Assembly: GCA_900548545.1 (NCBI GenBank)
Contig: URKX01000001.1
Location: forward strand, 9,985-73,984
Origin: an uncultured Oscillospiraceae bacterium
GTDB taxonomy: Bacteria > Bacillota > Clostridia > Oscillospirales > Acutalibacteraceae
Direction of reading: 5' to 3'
Length of the DNA: 64,000 bases
Part shown: in pieces, positions 36,719-47,609 of the stretch
Numbering within the stretch: the first letter of the stretch is position 1
How the letters are laid out: every line of letters begins with the position of its first letter
Notes under the pieces: model-generated
The model's database searches: none
Seen by the model: the letters and a program-made list of their open reading frames with translations, nothing else
What the model was told of the DNA's origin: nothing
Position numbers and translations under genes: made by a program

Positions 36719-37546
36719 ATGGCTGGCGGCAGGCTGCCCTGCGCCGTCCCCTTTGATTTGGCCCAGACTTTGGATTGCGGACAGGCCTTCCGCTGGCGGG
36801 AGGTTTCCCCGGGACGGTGGGAAGGGGCGGCCTTTGGGAAGGTGCTTGCCCTGGAGCAGCAGGGGGAACAGGTTTGGTTCCTCTGCGCCCAGGAGGATTT
36901 AGAGGCCACCTGGCAGGCCTATTTCGACCTGGAGGCGGATTACGGCTCCAAGCGGGCGGCCCTTTCCCAAATGAGCCCGGCGCTGAAGGAGGCGGCGGAC
37001 TTTGCCCCGGGCATCCGCATTTTGCGCCAAGAGCCTTGGGAGGCTTTGTGCTCTTTCATCATTTCCCAGAACAACCACATCCCTCGGATCAAGGGGATCA
37101 TTGAGCGGCTGTGCGTCCAGCTGGGAGAGCCCATTCCCGGCACAGGGTGGGCGGCCTTCCCGGCCCCGGAGCGCCTGGCTGCCTGCACCCTGGAGGACCT
37201 GGCCCCGCTGCGGGCGGGGTTCCGGGCCAAGTACTTGCTGGATGCCGCCAGGAAGGTGGTTTCCGGAGAGGTGGACTTGGAGAAAGTGGCGGCTTCCCCT
37301 GTAGAGGAGGGGCGGCAAGAGCTGCAAAAGATCTTTGGGGTGGGGCCGAAAGTGGCGGAATGCGCGCTGCTGTACGGGTTCCATAAGACCCAGTGTTTCC
37401 CCCTGGACGTGTGGATGAAGCGGGCCATGGCCACCCTGCTGCCCGGCCGCAGCCCCCAGGAGTTTGGGGAAAACGCGGGCTTGGCCCAGCAGTACCTGTT
37501 CCACTACAGCCGTCTGCACCCGGAGCTGTTTGGGGAAAAAGGGTGA
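36719..37546 (+). CDS. ogg: 8-oxoguanine DNA glycosylase / DNA-(apurinic or apyrimidinic site) lyase (Ogg-type, HhH-GPD)
   Basis: HhH-GPD motif (KIFGVGPKVAECALLYGF...PLDVW) with catalytic Lys/Asp arrangement; GGAAGGAGGG RBS. Confidence 0.8.
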   Translation: MAGGRLPCAVPFDLAQTLDCGQAFRWREVSPGRWEGAAFGKVLALEQQGEQVWFLCAQEDLEATWQAYFDLEADYGSKRAALSQMSPALKEAADFAPGIRILRQEPWEALCSFIISQNNHIPRIKGIIERLCVQLGEPIPGTGWAAFPAPERLAACTLEDLAPLRAGFRAKYLLDAARKVVSGEVDLEKVAASPVEEGRQELQKIFGVGPKVAECALLYGFHKTQCFPLDVWMKRAMATLLPGRSPQEFGENAGLAQQYLFHYSRLHPELFGEKG

Positions 37547-37665
37547 CGGGTGGGCCCCAGGGGCAAGCTTCCCATGTGCCCCCAGGGCCCTAGGCCAAGG
37601 CCCGGATGGTTGCCCATAGCAAAAGGACATCCAAGCGCAGAGCTTGGATGTCCTTTTTTGTGTGT

Positions 37666-38775
37666 TTACAGTTCCTCTCCCAGAAGCCGCACCAGCAGGG
37701 CGTTGGAAACCAGGAACCCCTCCGGCGTGAAAGAGAGGCAGCCCTCCTCCTGCCGCAGCAGCTGGGACGGGCACCGCCGGGCGTTTCCCAGCACCTCTTC
37801 AAACAGGGACGTGCCTGCCAAACCAAAGCGGGCCAGGCAGTCCTGACGCCGCAAACCCCGGGTCAGCCGCAGGTTCAGCATGGCAAACTCCCCAAAGTCC
37901 CCGCCGGGGCCGTCGTCCACCGGGGCGTTCCCCTGGAGGAACCCTTCCAAATCCCGGGGGTAGTAGAAGCGCCGCCCCCCGAAAAAGGAGTGCGCCCCCG
38001 GCCCAAAGCCCAGGTACTCCTCCCCCCGCCAGTACAGCAGGTTGTGACGGCTTTCCCTTCCCGGTCGGGCGAAGTTGCTGATCTCATATTGGGCGTATCC
38101 CAGTTTGCCCAGCTCCTCCACCAGGAGCAGGTACTGCTGGGAGGTTTCCTCGTCATCCGGCAGCTGGACTCCCCGGGCGGCAAAGGGCGTGCCCGGCTCC
38201 ACTTTTAAGATGTAGGAGGAGATGTGCTCCACGCCCAGCCCCGCGGCAAAGGCGATGGAGCCTTTCAGCGTTTCCCAGGAGCCTCCCGGCAGGCCCAGCA
38301 TCAGGTCCAGGGAGATGTTTGCAAAGCCGGCAGCCCGGGCGTTTTCCACAGCCAGGGCGGCGTCCTGGGGGGAATGGGCACGGCCCAGCAGCCGCAGCTG
38401 GGCTGGGTCGGCGGATTGCAGCCCCATGGACAGCCGGTTGAACCCGGCTTCCCGCACCTCTTTAAAAAAGTCCCGATCCACGTGGGTGGGGTTGGCTTCC
38501 AGGGTGATCTCCGCTGTGGGGGACAGGGAAAAGCCCTCTTTCACCCCCTGGAGGAGGGCTCCCAGCCGGGCGGCCCCCAAAAGACTGGGGGTCCCCCCGC
38601 CAAAGTAGACCGTGGCAAGCTCCCGGTTCCTGAGCTTGTCCCGCCAGGGGGCCAGGGAGGTGAGAACAGCCTGTACATAGGCGTCCATATCCTCCTGGGA
38701 ATCGGGGAGGGAGTAGAAGTCACAGTAAGGGCATTTGCCGTGGCAGAAGGGGACATGGAAGTAAAAGCCAAGCAT
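37666..38775 (-). CDS. hemW: radical SAM heme chaperone HemW (coproporphyrinogen III oxidase-like)
   Basis: CHGKCPYCDF radical-SAM CxxxCxxC close to the N-terminus and a HemN C-terminal domain; lepA-hemW synteny as in Bacillus. Confidence 0.85.
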   Translation of the reverse strand: MLGFYFHVPFCHGKCPYCDFYSLPDSQEDMDAYVQAVLTSLAPWRDKLRNRELATVYFGGGTPSLLGAARLGALLQGVKEGFSLSPTAEITLEANPTHVDRDFFKEVREAGFNRLSMGLQSADPAQLRLLGRAHSPQDAALAVENARAAGFANISLDLMLGLPGGSWETLKGSIAFAAGLGVEHISSYILKVEPGTPFAARGVQLPDDEETSQQYLLLVEELGKLGYAQYEISNFARPGRESRHNLLYWRGEEYLGFGPGAHSFFGGRRFYYPRDLEGFLQGNAPVDDGPGGDFGEFAMLNLRLTRGLRRQDCLARFGLAGTSLFEEVLGNARRCPSQLLRQEEGCLSFTPEGFLVSNALLVRLLGEEL

Positions 38776-38831
38776 GGGATCACCACCAATGGATAAATAG
38801 GAAGCGCGGAGTGCGTCCAGGCGCAGCCTGG

Positions 38832-40643
38832 TCACTCATCCAGCTTCAGCACGGACATAAACGCCTCCTGGGGCACTTCCACCGAGCCCAGCTGGCGCAT
38901 CCGTTTTTTGCCTTCCTTTTGCTTTTCCAGCAGCTTCTTTTTCCGGGTGATGTCGCCGCCGTAGCACTTGGCCAGCACGTCCTTGCGCAGGGCTTTCACC
39001 GTTTCCCGGGCAATGATCTTCCCGCCGATGCAGGCCTGGATAGGTACCTCGAACAGCTGGCGGGGGATCTTCTCCTTGAGCTTTTCCGCCATCTTTCTGG
39101 CCCGGGGGTAGGCTTTGTCCGCGTGGATGATGAAGGAGAGGGCGTCCACGATCTCCCCGTTGAGCATGATATCCAGCTTTACCAGCTTGCTGGCCTGGTA
39201 GCCCATCAGCTCGTAGTCAAAAGAGGCGTAGCCCCGGGTGCGGGACTTCAGAGCGTCGAAAAAGTCATAGATGATCTCGTTTAAGGGCAGCTCGTAGTGG
39301 ATGTCCACCCGGTCGGTGTCCAGGTATTTCATGTCCTTGAACACCCCCCGGCGTTCCTGGCACAGCTCCATAATGTTCCCCACGTACTCCGAGGGGGAGT
39401 AGATGTGGGCGTTGCAGATGGGCTCCTCGGCGCTCTGAATCAAAGTGGGGTCCGGGTAGTTGGTGGGGTTGTCAATGGTGATGGTGCTGCCGTCAGTGAG
39501 ATGCAGCTTGTACACCACGCTGGGGGCGGTGGTGATCAGGTCCAGGTCGTACTCCCGCTCCAAACGCTCCTGGATGATCTCCATGTGCAGCAGCCCCAAG
39601 AAGCCGCACCGGAAGCCAAAGCCCAAGGCCACGGAGGTTTCCGGCTCGAAGGTGAGGGAGGCGTCGTTTAATTGCAATTTTTCCAGGGCGTCCCGCAGGT
39701 CGGTGTAATGGGCGCCGTCGGCGGGGTAGATGCCGCAGAACACCATGGGCTGCACCGCCCGGTACCCCTCCAGGGGCTCGGCGGCGGGGCGGTCCTTCAG
39801 GGTGACGGTGTCGCCCACCCGGGCCTGGCGCACGTCCTTGATAGAGGCGGCAATGTAGCCCACCTCCCCGGCGTACAGGGCGTCGGCGGGTTCCAGGGCA
39901 GTGGCCCGCAAAAAGCCGCACTCCACCACGGTGAATTCCCCGCCGGTGGCCATCATGCGGATGGTGTCCCCGGGACGCACGGTGCCGTCCTTGATCCGCA
40001 CGTACACGATAACGCCCCGGTAGGAGTCGTAGTAGGAGTCGAAAATCAGCGCCCGGAGGGGGTCGGCCTCGTTGCCAGCGGGGGCGGGGATGCCGGTGAC
40101 AATGCGTTCCAGCACCTCTTCCACGTTTTGGCCGGTCTTGGCGGAGATGCGGGGGGCGTCCATGGCGGGAATGCCGATCACGTCCTCGATCTCGTGGCAG
40201 ACCCGTTCCGGGTCGGCGCTGGGCAGGTCGATCTTGTTTACCACCGGGACGATCTCCAGCCCGGCGTCCACGGCCAGGTAGGTGTTGGCCAGGGTCTGGG
40301 CTTCGATGCCCTGGGAGGCGTCCACCACCAGCACCGCCCCCTCGCAGGCGGCCAGGGACCGGGAAACCTCGTAGTTAAAGTCCACGTGTCCGGGGGTGTC
40401 GATGAGGTTGAACACATAGTCCTGGCCGTCCGTGGCGGTGTAAACCAGGGTGACAGCATGGGCTTTGATGGTGATGCCCCGCTCCCGTTCCAGGTCCATG
40501 TTGTCCAAAAGCTGGTTTTCCATCTCCCGCAGGGGGACGGACTTGGTCAGTTCCAGGATGCGGTCGGCCAGGGTGGACTTGCCGTGGTCGATGTGGGCCA
40601 CAATGCAGAAATTGCGAATATTGCTTTTATCCATTCTATCCAT
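38832..40643 (-). CDS. lepA: translation elongation factor 4 (LepA)
   Basis: [32 protein letters not shown] canonical G motifs and the LepA C-terminal domain. Confidence 0.95.
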   Translation of the reverse strand: MDRMDKSNIRNFCIVAHIDHGKSTLADRILELTKSVPLREMENQLLDNMDLERERGITIKAHAVTLVYTATDGQDYVFNLIDTPGHVDFNYEVSRSLAACEGAVLVVDASQGIEAQTLANTYLAVDAGLEIVPVVNKIDLPSADPERVCHEIEDVIGIPAMDAPRISAKTGQNVEEVLERIVTGIPAPAGNEADPLRALIFDSYYDSYRGVIVYVRIKDGTVRPGDTIRMMATGGEFTVVECGFLRATALEPADALYAGEVGYIAASIKDVRQARVGDTVTLKDRPAAEPLEGYRAVQPMVFCGIYPADGAHYTDLRDALEKLQLNDASLTFEPETSVALGFGFRCGFLGLLHMEIIQERLEREYDLDLITTAPSVVYKLHLTDGSTITIDNPTNYPDPTLIQSAEEPICNAHIYSPSEYVGNIMELCQERRGVFKDMKYLDTDRVDIHYELPLNEIIYDFFDALKSRTRGYASFDYELMGYQASKLVKLDIMLNGEIVDALSFIIHADKAYPRARKMAEKLKEKIPRQLFEVPIQACIGGKIIARETVKALRKDVLAKCYGGDITRKKKLLEKQKEGKKRMRQLGSVEVPQEAFMSVLKLDE

Positions 40644-40782
40644 AAGGGGACTCTCCGTTACAAAAAGTATAAAAAGTATATCGCTTTATTATAGCAGAAA
40701 ATGGAGAAAAAGGAAACCGGGAAGGGGGGAAAAGTTTGCTGAAAACTTTTCGGCGGTTTTGGGGCGAAATTCCCCGTTTTTC

Positions 40783-40812
40783 TTGCAATCCCGCCCCGGC
40801 TTGTGCTACAAT
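40783..40812 (+). promoter_or_regulatory. sigma-A promoter for glyQS (TTGCAA, 18 nt spacer, TGcTACAAT extended -10)
   Basis: sequence pattern about 45 nt upstream of the glyQS start; no T-box leader is present between the promoter and the ATG. Confidence 0.5.
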
Positions 40813-40855
40813 AAACCCCAGTATGCGATGTGAAATCGAGAAAGGCGGGTACGCA

Positions 40856-42265
40856 ATGAAAGCTACCGAAAAAACCATGGATACCATCGTCAATCTCTGC
40901 AAGACCCGGGGTTTTATCTTCCCCGGCAGCGAGATCTACGGCGGCCTTTCCAACTCTTGGGACTACGGCCCCTTGGGCGTGGAATTTAAAAACAACGTGA
41001 AAAAAGCCTGGTGGAAGAAGTTCGTCCAGGAATCCCCCTACAATGTGGGCGTGGACGCCGCCATTTTGATGAACCCCCAGGTGTGGGTGGCCACCGGCCA
41101 TGTGGGCGGCTTCTCCGACCCCCTCATGGACTGCAAGGACTGCAAGACCCGCCACCGCGCCGACAAGCTCATTGAGGATTTCACCGGCGAGTCCGCCGAC
41201 GGCTGGGACAACCAGAAAATGACCGGCTTCATCCAGGAAAACCACATCAAGTGCCCCAACTGCGGCAGCGAGAACTTTACTGAGATCCGCCAGTTCAACC
41301 TGATGTTCAAAACCTTCCAGGGCGTTACCGAAGATGCCAAAAACGAGATCTACCTGCGCCCCGAAACTGCCCAGGGCATCTTTGTCAACTTCCCCAGCGT
41401 GCAGCGCACCACCCGGAAGAAGCTGCCCTTTGGCATTGCCCAGGTGGGCAAGAGCTTTAGAAACGAGATCACCCCCGGCAACTTCACCTTCCGCACCCGG
41501 GAGTTCGAGCAGATGGAGCTGGAGTTCTTCTGCAAGCCCGACACCGACCTGGAGTGGTTTGCCTATTGGAAGGAGTTCTGCCGCAACTGGCTTTATAGCC
41601 TGGGCATGACGGAAGAAAACCTGCGCTTTAGGGACCACCGCCCCGAGGAGCTGTCCTTCTACTCCAAGGCCACCACCGACGTGGAATACCTGTTCCCCTT
41701 TGGCTGGGGCGAGCTGTGGGGCATTGCCGACCGCACCGATTACGACCTGAAGCGCCATCAGGAGCATTCCGGCAAAGACCTGACCTACTTCGACCAGGAA
41801 ACCAACGAGCACTACGTCCCCTATGTGGTGGAGCCTTCCCTGGGCGCCGACCGCATGGCCCTAGCCTTCCTGTGCGACGCCTACGACGAGGAAGTGGTGG
41901 GCCAGGACAAGAACGGCAAGGACGACGTCCGTGTGGTGCTGCGGCTCCATCCCGCCCTGGCGCCCTTCAAGGCCGCGGTGCTGCCCCTGTCCAAAAAGCT
42001 GGGGCCCAAGGCCCAGGAAGTCCATCAGATGCTGTCCAAGTACTTTATGGTGGACTACGACGAGGCCGGCTCCATTGGCAAGCGGTACCGCCGCCAGGAC
42101 GAGATCGGCACGCCTCTGTGCGTCACCATCGATTTCGACACCGTGGGCGACGGGGAGAAAGAGCCCGACAACTGCGTCACCATCCGGGACCGGGACACCA
42201 TGGAACAGGTGCGCCTGCCCATCGACCAGCTGAAGGCCTACATCGAGGAGAAGATCGCTTTTTAA
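40856..42265 (+). CDS. glyQS: glycine--tRNA ligase (dimeric class II form)
   Basis: GyrS-type alpha2 GlyRS signature ([18 protein letters not shown] ... zinc-ribbon-like CPNCGSENF insertion ... [25 protein letters not shown]). Confidence 0.95.
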   Translation: MKATEKTMDTIVNLCKTRGFIFPGSEIYGGLSNSWDYGPLGVEFKNNVKKAWWKKFVQESPYNVGVDAAILMNPQVWVATGHVGGFSDPLMDCKDCKTRHRADKLIEDFTGESADGWDNQKMTGFIQENHIKCPNCGSENFTEIRQFNLMFKTFQGVTEDAKNEIYLRPETAQGIFVNFPSVQRTTRKKLPFGIAQVGKSFRNEITPGNFTFRTREFEQMELEFFCKPDTDLEWFAYWKEFCRNWLYSLGMTEENLRFRDHRPEELSFYSKATTDVEYLFPFGWGELWGIADRTDYDLKRHQEHSGKDLTYFDQETNEHYVPYVVEPSLGADRMALAFLCDAYDEEVVGQDKNGKDDVRVVLRLHPALAPFKAAVLPLSKKLGPKAQEVHQMLSKYFMVDYDEAGSIGKRYRRQDEIGTPLCVTIDFDTVGDGEKEPDNCVTIRDRDTMEQVRLPIDQLKAYIEEKIAF

Positions 42266-42292
42266 AGGCAAAAGGGAACAACTGTCTTGAAG

Positions 42293-42323
42293 AAGGGCGC
42301 GCCGGGATCCCGGCGCGCCCTTT
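42293..42323 (+). terminator. rho-independent terminator after glyQS
   Basis: AAGGGCGCGCCGGGATCCCGGCGCGCCCTTT, a perfect about 14-bp palindromic stem followed by TTTGG. Confidence 0.75.
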
Positions 42324-42444
42324 GGCGGTTTCTGGGGCGGCAAGGTTTTCCCGGGTTTGCGGGGAAACCCATTGAACAATGGGATGCTTTGTGCTACAAT
42401 TAACTGATATGAAACGCGATGATCCCACCAGCAGGAGGAAACAT

Positions 42445-43680
42445 ATGAAAGAAAAACGCCGTTTTGCGGCTTTGCTGGCAGCGGCGGCTTTGGCCGTCAA
42501 CCTGGCAGCTGTCCCTGTCCTGGCTACGGAGACTGCTGAACCGGGTTCCCCTTTGACAGGGGTGGTCCAGCCTGATCCCCCGGAGGAGAGCCTGCCCAAC
42601 CCCGACCCGCCTCCAGAGCAGTCTTCCAGCAGCCCTTCTTCAGAATCCAGCTCTTCTTCACAGCCCCCGGAAGAGAGTTCCAGCACCCCTTCCTCAGAGT
42701 CCAGCGCCTCTTCGGAGAGCCCCTCTTCGTCAGAGGGCTCTTCTTCCGAGGAGTCTTGGGGGAGCAGCCAGGAGCCGTCCTCGGAAGAGCCGGAAGACCC
42801 CAGCAGCTCCTGGGGAGAGCCTTCGGAGGAACCCTCTGGAACAGAGAGCCAGTGGGAAAGCCAGTCCTCCCAGCAGGACAGCGGCGTGCAGGCGCCCACC
42901 TATAACGAGCCGGAAACCATTGCCACCCCCAGGCCGGCAGTGGAACGCCCCTCGGTGTCCCTGAATACCGGCAGCTCCTCTTCCCAAGCGGAGGAGGACT
43001 CCGGCCCCAATTATGTCACCTTTGCCATGTTGAACGTCCGGGGCAACTCCATGGCGGCCACCCTGTTTTACAGCGGCTTAGGCTTTATTGCCGTGGGTGT
43101 CCTTGGCCTGGTGACGGTGCTTGTGCTGTATATCCGCGGCCGCCGCCGGTATGCTGCCACGGAGCAGATTTTGGAGGAAATCCACCAGGCGGAGACGCGC
43201 CAGCGGCCCGGCCCTGCAGCGGCTTCCCAAGAGTTTGACCGGCCCGCGGCTCCCATGGCGCCGCCTGCCCCCGCACCCTATGCATCTTCTCCCAACGCTC
43301 TGGTGCCGGAAGAGGCTTCCCTCTACACCGAGGAATTTGCCCTGCCGCCTCAGGACCGGGCCTATGACCCCTATGAGGACGGGGCGTACCAGGAGGAGGA
43401 CTACGGAGAATCCTATGGCCAGTCCTATGGGCAAGACGGCTATTACGACGATTACGAGGACTATGGCCCCTACCAGGAGGAAGGGTACCAGGAGGGCGAC
43501 GGCTACCAGGAGCCTTCCTATGAACCCCAGCCCCCCGCCCGGCAGGCAGCGCCCCCGCCGGTGGCCCCCGCGCCCGACTTGGGGGCTACCCGGCAGTTTG
43601 ACACCGAGGAGATCCTCCGGGAAGCCCTGCGCTACACCGATGAGGATTACCGGGAGGACAACTACGACAGCTACCAGTAA
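42445..43680 (+). CDS. hypothetical secreted single-pass membrane protein: signal peptide, Ser/Glu/Pro-rich ectodomain, one TM, Tyr/Asp/Glu-rich cytoplasmic tail
   Basis: MKEKRRFAALLAAAALAVNLAAVPVLA signal peptide; SSSSPSSESSSSSQPPEESSS tracts; TM FIAVGVLGLVTVLVLYIRGRRR; tail YDPYEDGAYQEEDYGESYGQSYGQDGYYDDYEDYGPYQEEGYQEGDGYQEP; AGGAGGAAA RBS. Confidence 0.65.
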   Translation: MKEKRRFAALLAAAALAVNLAAVPVLATETAEPGSPLTGVVQPDPPEESLPNPDPPPEQSSSSPSSESSSSSQPPEESSSTPSSESSASSESPSSSEGSSSEESWGSSQEPSSEEPEDPSSSWGEPSEEPSGTESQWESQSSQQDSGVQAPTYNEPETIATPRPAVERPSVSLNTGSSSSQAEEDSGPNYVTFAMLNVRGNSMAATLFYSGLGFIAVGVLGLVTVLVLYIRGRRRYAATEQILEEIHQAETRQRPGPAAASQEFDRPAAPMAPPAPAPYASSPNALVPEEASLYTEEFALPPQDRAYDPYEDGAYQEEDYGESYGQSYGQDGYYDDYEDYGPYQEEGYQEGDGYQEPSYEPQPPARQAAPPPVAPAPDLGATRQFDTEEILREALRYTDEDYREDNYDSYQ

Positions 43681-43810
43681 CTGGTGAGCAAGGGACCGCC
43701 GAAAACCCGTCAAGAACAGCGTTGGCTGTGCCCAGCAAAGCAGGACAGCGAAGAGGGTCTGTTGCAAATGCAGCAGACCCTCTTTTTTGCGCGCAAACGC
43801 GGGAAATGGG

Positions 43811-45649
43811 TTATGTGTTGAACACGGTTTCCGCGCTTTCCGTTTCAAACTGTTTGTTGTACAGGTCGGCGTAGTAGCCGCCCAGGGCCATCAGTTCCTG
43901 GTGGGTGCCCCGCTCGATGATCTTCCCGGCCCGGACCACCAGGATCAAGTCCGCTTTGCGGATGGTGGACAGCCGGTGGGCAATGAGGAAGGAGGTCCGC
44001 CCGGTGAGCAGGGTGGAGATGGCCTCCTGGACCAGGGCCTCGGTCTTGGTGTCGATGGAGGAGGTAGCTTCGTCCAGCACGAAGATCCGGGGGTTTGCCA
44101 GGATGGCCCGGGCAAAGGAGATCAGCTGCTTTTCACCGGTGGACAGCTGGCCGCCGCCTTCTCCCACGTCGCTGTCGTAGCCGTGCTCCATGTGGGTGAT
44201 AAAGTCGTGGGCGTTGACCATTTTGGCTGCCTCCACCACCTCTTCGTCGGTGGCGTCCAGCCTGCCGTAGCGGATGTTCTCCTTCACCGAGCCGGAGAAC
44301 AGGTGGGGCGTTTGCAGCACATAGCCGATGTTCGAGTGGAGCCAAAGCTGGCTGCGCTCCCGGTAGTCCTTGCCGTCAATGAGGATGCGGCCCTCTGTGG
44401 GCTCGAAGAACCGGCAGCAGAGGTTCACCAGGGTGGATTTCCCCGCGCCGGTTTCCCCCACGATGGCCACGGTGGTGCCTGCGGGCACGTCCAGGTTGAA
44501 GTGTTCCAGCACGTTTTCCGTGCCGTCGGGGTAGCGGAAGGTCACGTCGTCAAAGGTGATGTGGCCCACAAGGGGTTCCCAGTTCTCCCGTTTGGGGTCG
44601 AAAGCTGTGCCGTATTGGGCGATGACCTCCGGGGTGTCGGTGATTTCCGGCTGCAACTCCAGCAGGGCGGACACCCGCTCAATGTTGGCCTGGGTGGCGA
44701 TGAAGTTGGAGATGGTCCGGGCCAGGGTCTGCACGGGGTCGGCAATGCCCAGGGCGAAGTTTATGAAGATGGTCAATTCGCCGATGCCAATGGCGCCCCA
44801 CAGCACCATGTTGCCGCCGCCGGTGATGACAAAGGCCACGGCCAGGGCGGTCAAAAAGCCGATGATGGGCACATACACCGCGTTTAAGAGCACCGCCCGC
44901 ACGGTGGTGTTCTTCATCCGGGAGGTGACCTCCTGGAAAGCGGCCGTGTTCTTGTCCTCAATCACCAGGGTCTTGGAGGTCTTGGCGCCGGAGATGCCCT
45001 CGTTGTAGTGGCGGGTGATCTCGGCGTTGATCCGCCGGGCCTGGCGGTTGATCTTCAAGATCCGTTTTTGGAAGTACAGGGTCAGCAGTGCGATGAAGGG
45101 CACCACCACAATGACCAGCAGGGCCAGCTTCCAGTTGATGGAGAGCATCACCGCCATGGAGCCTATAACGTAGGCGGCGCTCCAGAAGATGTCCACCAGG
45201 CTCCAGGCAAACACCGAGCCGATCTTGTTGGTGTCGCTCATCACCCGGGCCATGATGGTGCCCACGGGGTTTACATTGTAATAGGAAAAGGACAGGGTTT
45301 GCAGGTGGACAAAGAGCTTCTTTTTCAAGTCCCGGCCCAGGTACATCTCCACTTTCAGGGCGATGCGGGCAAACACCATGGTAGAGATCATTTGGGCCAG
45401 CACCACGCCCAGGTACATCAGCGCGAACCGGGTGATGCCCTGGCTGGTGTGGGGGGTGACAAAGGCGTCCACCGCATAGCCGGAAAGCAGGGGGTAGGCG
45501 ATGTCGCATCCGGCGCCCACCAGCATGAAAAAGACCACCACGGCCATCTGTTTGGAATAGGGCTTTAAAAAGGGCAGAAGCTTGCCCCAAACTTTGAGAG
45601 AGGCAAACCTGCCTCGAGGGGTCTGTTGTTCCAGTTGTTCTAAATTCAT
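43811..45649 (-). CDS. ABC transporter ATP-binding/permease protein (type I exporter half-transporter, second gene of pair)
   Basis: 6-TM domain plus NBD with Walker A GETGAGKST, signature LSTGEKQ, Walker B FVLDEATS. Confidence 0.9.
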   Translation of the reverse strand: MNLEQLEQQTPRGRFASLKVWGKLLPFLKPYSKQMAVVVFFMLVGAGCDIAYPLLSGYAVDAFVTPHTSQGITRFALMYLGVVLAQMISTMVFARIALKVEMYLGRDLKKKLFVHLQTLSFSYYNVNPVGTIMARVMSDTNKIGSVFAWSLVDIFWSAAYVIGSMAVMLSINWKLALLVIVVVPFIALLTLYFQKRILKINRQARRINAEITRHYNEGISGAKTSKTLVIEDKNTAAFQEVTSRMKNTTVRAVLLNAVYVPIIGFLTALAVAFVITGGGNMVLWGAIGIGELTIFINFALGIADPVQTLARTISNFIATQANIERVSALLELQPEITDTPEVIAQYGTAFDPKRENWEPLVGHITFDDVTFRYPDGTENVLEHFNLDVPAGTTVAIVGETGAGKSTLVNLCCRFFEPTEGRILIDGKDYRERSQLWLHSNIGYVLQTPHLFSGSVKENIRYGRLDATDEEVVEAAKMVNAHDFITHMEHGYDSDVGEGGGQLSTGEKQLISFARAILANPRIFVLDEATSSIDTKTEALVQEAISTLLTGRTSFLIAHRLSTIRKADLILVVRAGKIIERGTHQELMALGGYYADLYNKQFETESAETVFNT

Positions 45650-45691
45650 AGGGATACCTCGCTGCGAAATAGGGCCGGGCGGGTCTTGGGC

Positions 45692-47506
45692 TTAAGTGGC
45701 CTCCCCGCCGGCGCTCTGCATATCGTAGATCTTTTTATAGATGCCCTCCTGGGCGATCAGCTCCTGGTGGGTGCCCATCTGGCTCACCCGCCCGTGGTCC
45801 AAAACCAAGATCTGGTCGGCGTTCATCAGGGTGGTGATCCGGTGGGCGATCAAAATGGTGGTGCCCTTCACATTTTTCCGGATGGACTGGCGGATCTTCT
45901 GGTCGGTTTCCATGTCCACGGCGGAGAGGGAGTCGTCAAACACCTTGATGGGGGTGTCCTGCATCAGCATCCGGGCGATGGCCACCCGCTGCTTCTGCCC
46001 GCCGGAAATGGTCACGCCCCGCTCGCCAATGGGGGTGTCGTACCCCTGGGAAAAGTTCACAATGGCGTCGTCGATCACCGCCAGCCGTGCAAAGTGCCGC
46101 ACGGTTTCCAGGTCGGTGCGGGCGGCGCCGTCGGCGATGCTCTCTTTAAAGCTCTTGGAGAAGAGGAAGGGCTCCTGCAGCACGATGCCGATGTTTTTCC
46201 GCAGGTAGGACAAGTCCATGTCCCGGATGTCCACCCCGCCGATGGTGATGGTGCCGTTTTCATGGGGCAGCTCGTAGAGCCGGTCCAGCAGGTACATCAA
46301 AGTGGATTTCCCCGAGCCGGTGGCCCCCAAAATGCCAAAGGTGGTGCCCGCCTTGATCACAAAGCTTACGTCGTGGAGCACGCCCCCTTCGCTTTGGCTG
46401 TAGCCAAAGTTCACGTGGTCGAACACAATGTCCCCGTCCATGGGGGGCTGCTGGGGATCAGGGCAGTTTTCCTCCTCTTTGGCGTCCAGGATGTCGAACA
46501 GCCGGGTGGAGCTGATGGAGGTCTTGCTCAGTTCCGCCAGCAGCCGCCCCAGGTTCCGGGAGGGCCACACCAGCATGGAGTTGTAGGCGGTAAAGGCCAG
46601 GAACTCCCCTTCGGTCAGGGCGCCGCGCTCCACAAAGAACACCCCGGCCACAATGATGACCAGCACTTGGAACCCGGCGAAAAAGTCCCCCAGGCCCCAG
46701 TTGAAGCCCATCACTTTGCCCAGGCGCACCCACAGGTTGGTGAATTCTTCATTTTTTTCGTTAAAGCGGTCGATCTCATAGCGCTCCCGGCCAAAGGCCC
46801 GCACCACCCGCACGCCGGTGAGGTTTTCCTGCACCAGGGCGGTGAGGCGGCCCTCGCTTTCGTCGGCGGCCTGGAACTTCTTCCCGGTGATGACGTAAAA
46901 GATCAGGGAGGAGGCCATGACCACCGGCACAAAGCAGCACACGATCAGGGAGAGCTCCACGTTCATGGTGAACATCAGCGCCAAAGACACCAAAATCAGC
47001 AGCACGGTGCGCACCACCTCCATCAGCTGGTCGCTGACAAAGTTGCGCACCAGGTCCACGTCCTGGGTGCAGCGCTGGATGATGTCGCCGGTCTGGTGGG
47101 AGTTGTGCCAGGCGTAGGGCAGGCGCTGGATGTGGTCGAACAGGGTGTCCCGCACCCGGGCCACCGTGCCCTCGCAGGCCCGGGCCAGGTTCATCCGGGA
47201 GGAATAGTTGGAAAGCCCGGCAATGGCCGCAAAGGCCAAGGACACCAAAGCGCAGAGCGCGATGTGCTGCCGCAGGGTTTCGCGGCCGCCCATGGCGTTG
47301 ATCCAATCTACCAGGAACCCGGGCAGGTTAAAGGGGTTGTCGTTGATCACCGAATCCACGGTGACCCGGATCACCTGGGGGGTCATGTAGTTTGCCACCA
47401 CCGCCAGGATCACCATCAAAAACGCCAGGACGAATTTTCCCCGGAACCCTTTGGTAAAGGGGAAAAATCGCAGGATGTTTGATTTTTTTGGGATTTGTTG
47501 CTCCAT
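45692..47506 (-). CDS. ABC transporter ATP-binding/permease protein (type I exporter half-transporter, first gene of pair; degenerate-site partner)
   Basis: TMD plus NBD with GATGSGKST, LSGGQKQR, FDDSLSAVD (Walker B with a non-consensus catalytic position), typical of BmrCD/LmrCD-like heterodimers; start chosen at MEQQIPKK after a GAGGTG RBS. Confidence 0.85.
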   Translation of the reverse strand: MEQQIPKKSNILRFFPFTKGFRGKFVLAFLMVILAVVANYMTPQVIRVTVDSVINDNPFNLPGFLVDWINAMGGRETLRQHIALCALVSLAFAAIAGLSNYSSRMNLARACEGTVARVRDTLFDHIQRLPYAWHNSHQTGDIIQRCTQDVDLVRNFVSDQLMEVVRTVLLILVSLALMFTMNVELSLIVCCFVPVVMASSLIFYVITGKKFQAADESEGRLTALVQENLTGVRVVRAFGRERYEIDRFNEKNEEFTNLWVRLGKVMGFNWGLGDFFAGFQVLVIIVAGVFFVERGALTEGEFLAFTAYNSMLVWPSRNLGRLLAELSKTSISSTRLFDILDAKEEENCPDPQQPPMDGDIVFDHVNFGYSQSEGGVLHDVSFVIKAGTTFGILGATGSGKSTLMYLLDRLYELPHENGTITIGGVDIRDMDLSYLRKNIGIVLQEPFLFSKSFKESIADGAARTDLETVRHFARLAVIDDAIVNFSQGYDTPIGERGVTISGGQKQRVAIARMLMQDTPIKVFDDSLSAVDMETDQKIRQSIRKNVKGTTILIAHRITTLMNADQILVLDHGRVSQMGTHQELIAQEGIYKKIYDMQSAGGEAT

Positions 47507-47572
47507 AATACACCTCATAGGGGCAAAGCCCCGCACAAAGAACTTTTTGGGCGCTGGGTTTTGGGGGAAAAC

Positions 47573-47609
47573 AAAAAAAGGGCGGCAAGCCCTCGAAAGC
47601 TTGCCGCCC
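47573..47609 (-). terminator. intrinsic terminator hairpin inside the 5' leader of the ABC exporter operon (attenuator candidate)
   Basis: minus strand reads GGGCGGCAAGC-TTTCGAGG-GCTTGCCGCCC followed by TTTTTTTGTTTT; sits about 65 nt upstream of the first ABC start and no other minus-strand gene lies upstream. Confidence 0.55.

Noticed and set aside
40644-40855. Expected a T-box riboswitch leader upstream of glyQS (classic glyQS T-box in Bacillus)
   Set aside because: Only about 45 nt separate the predicted promoter from the start codon, and no T-box consensus (AATTAGGGTGGNACCGCG) or specifier/antiterminator architecture is visible.
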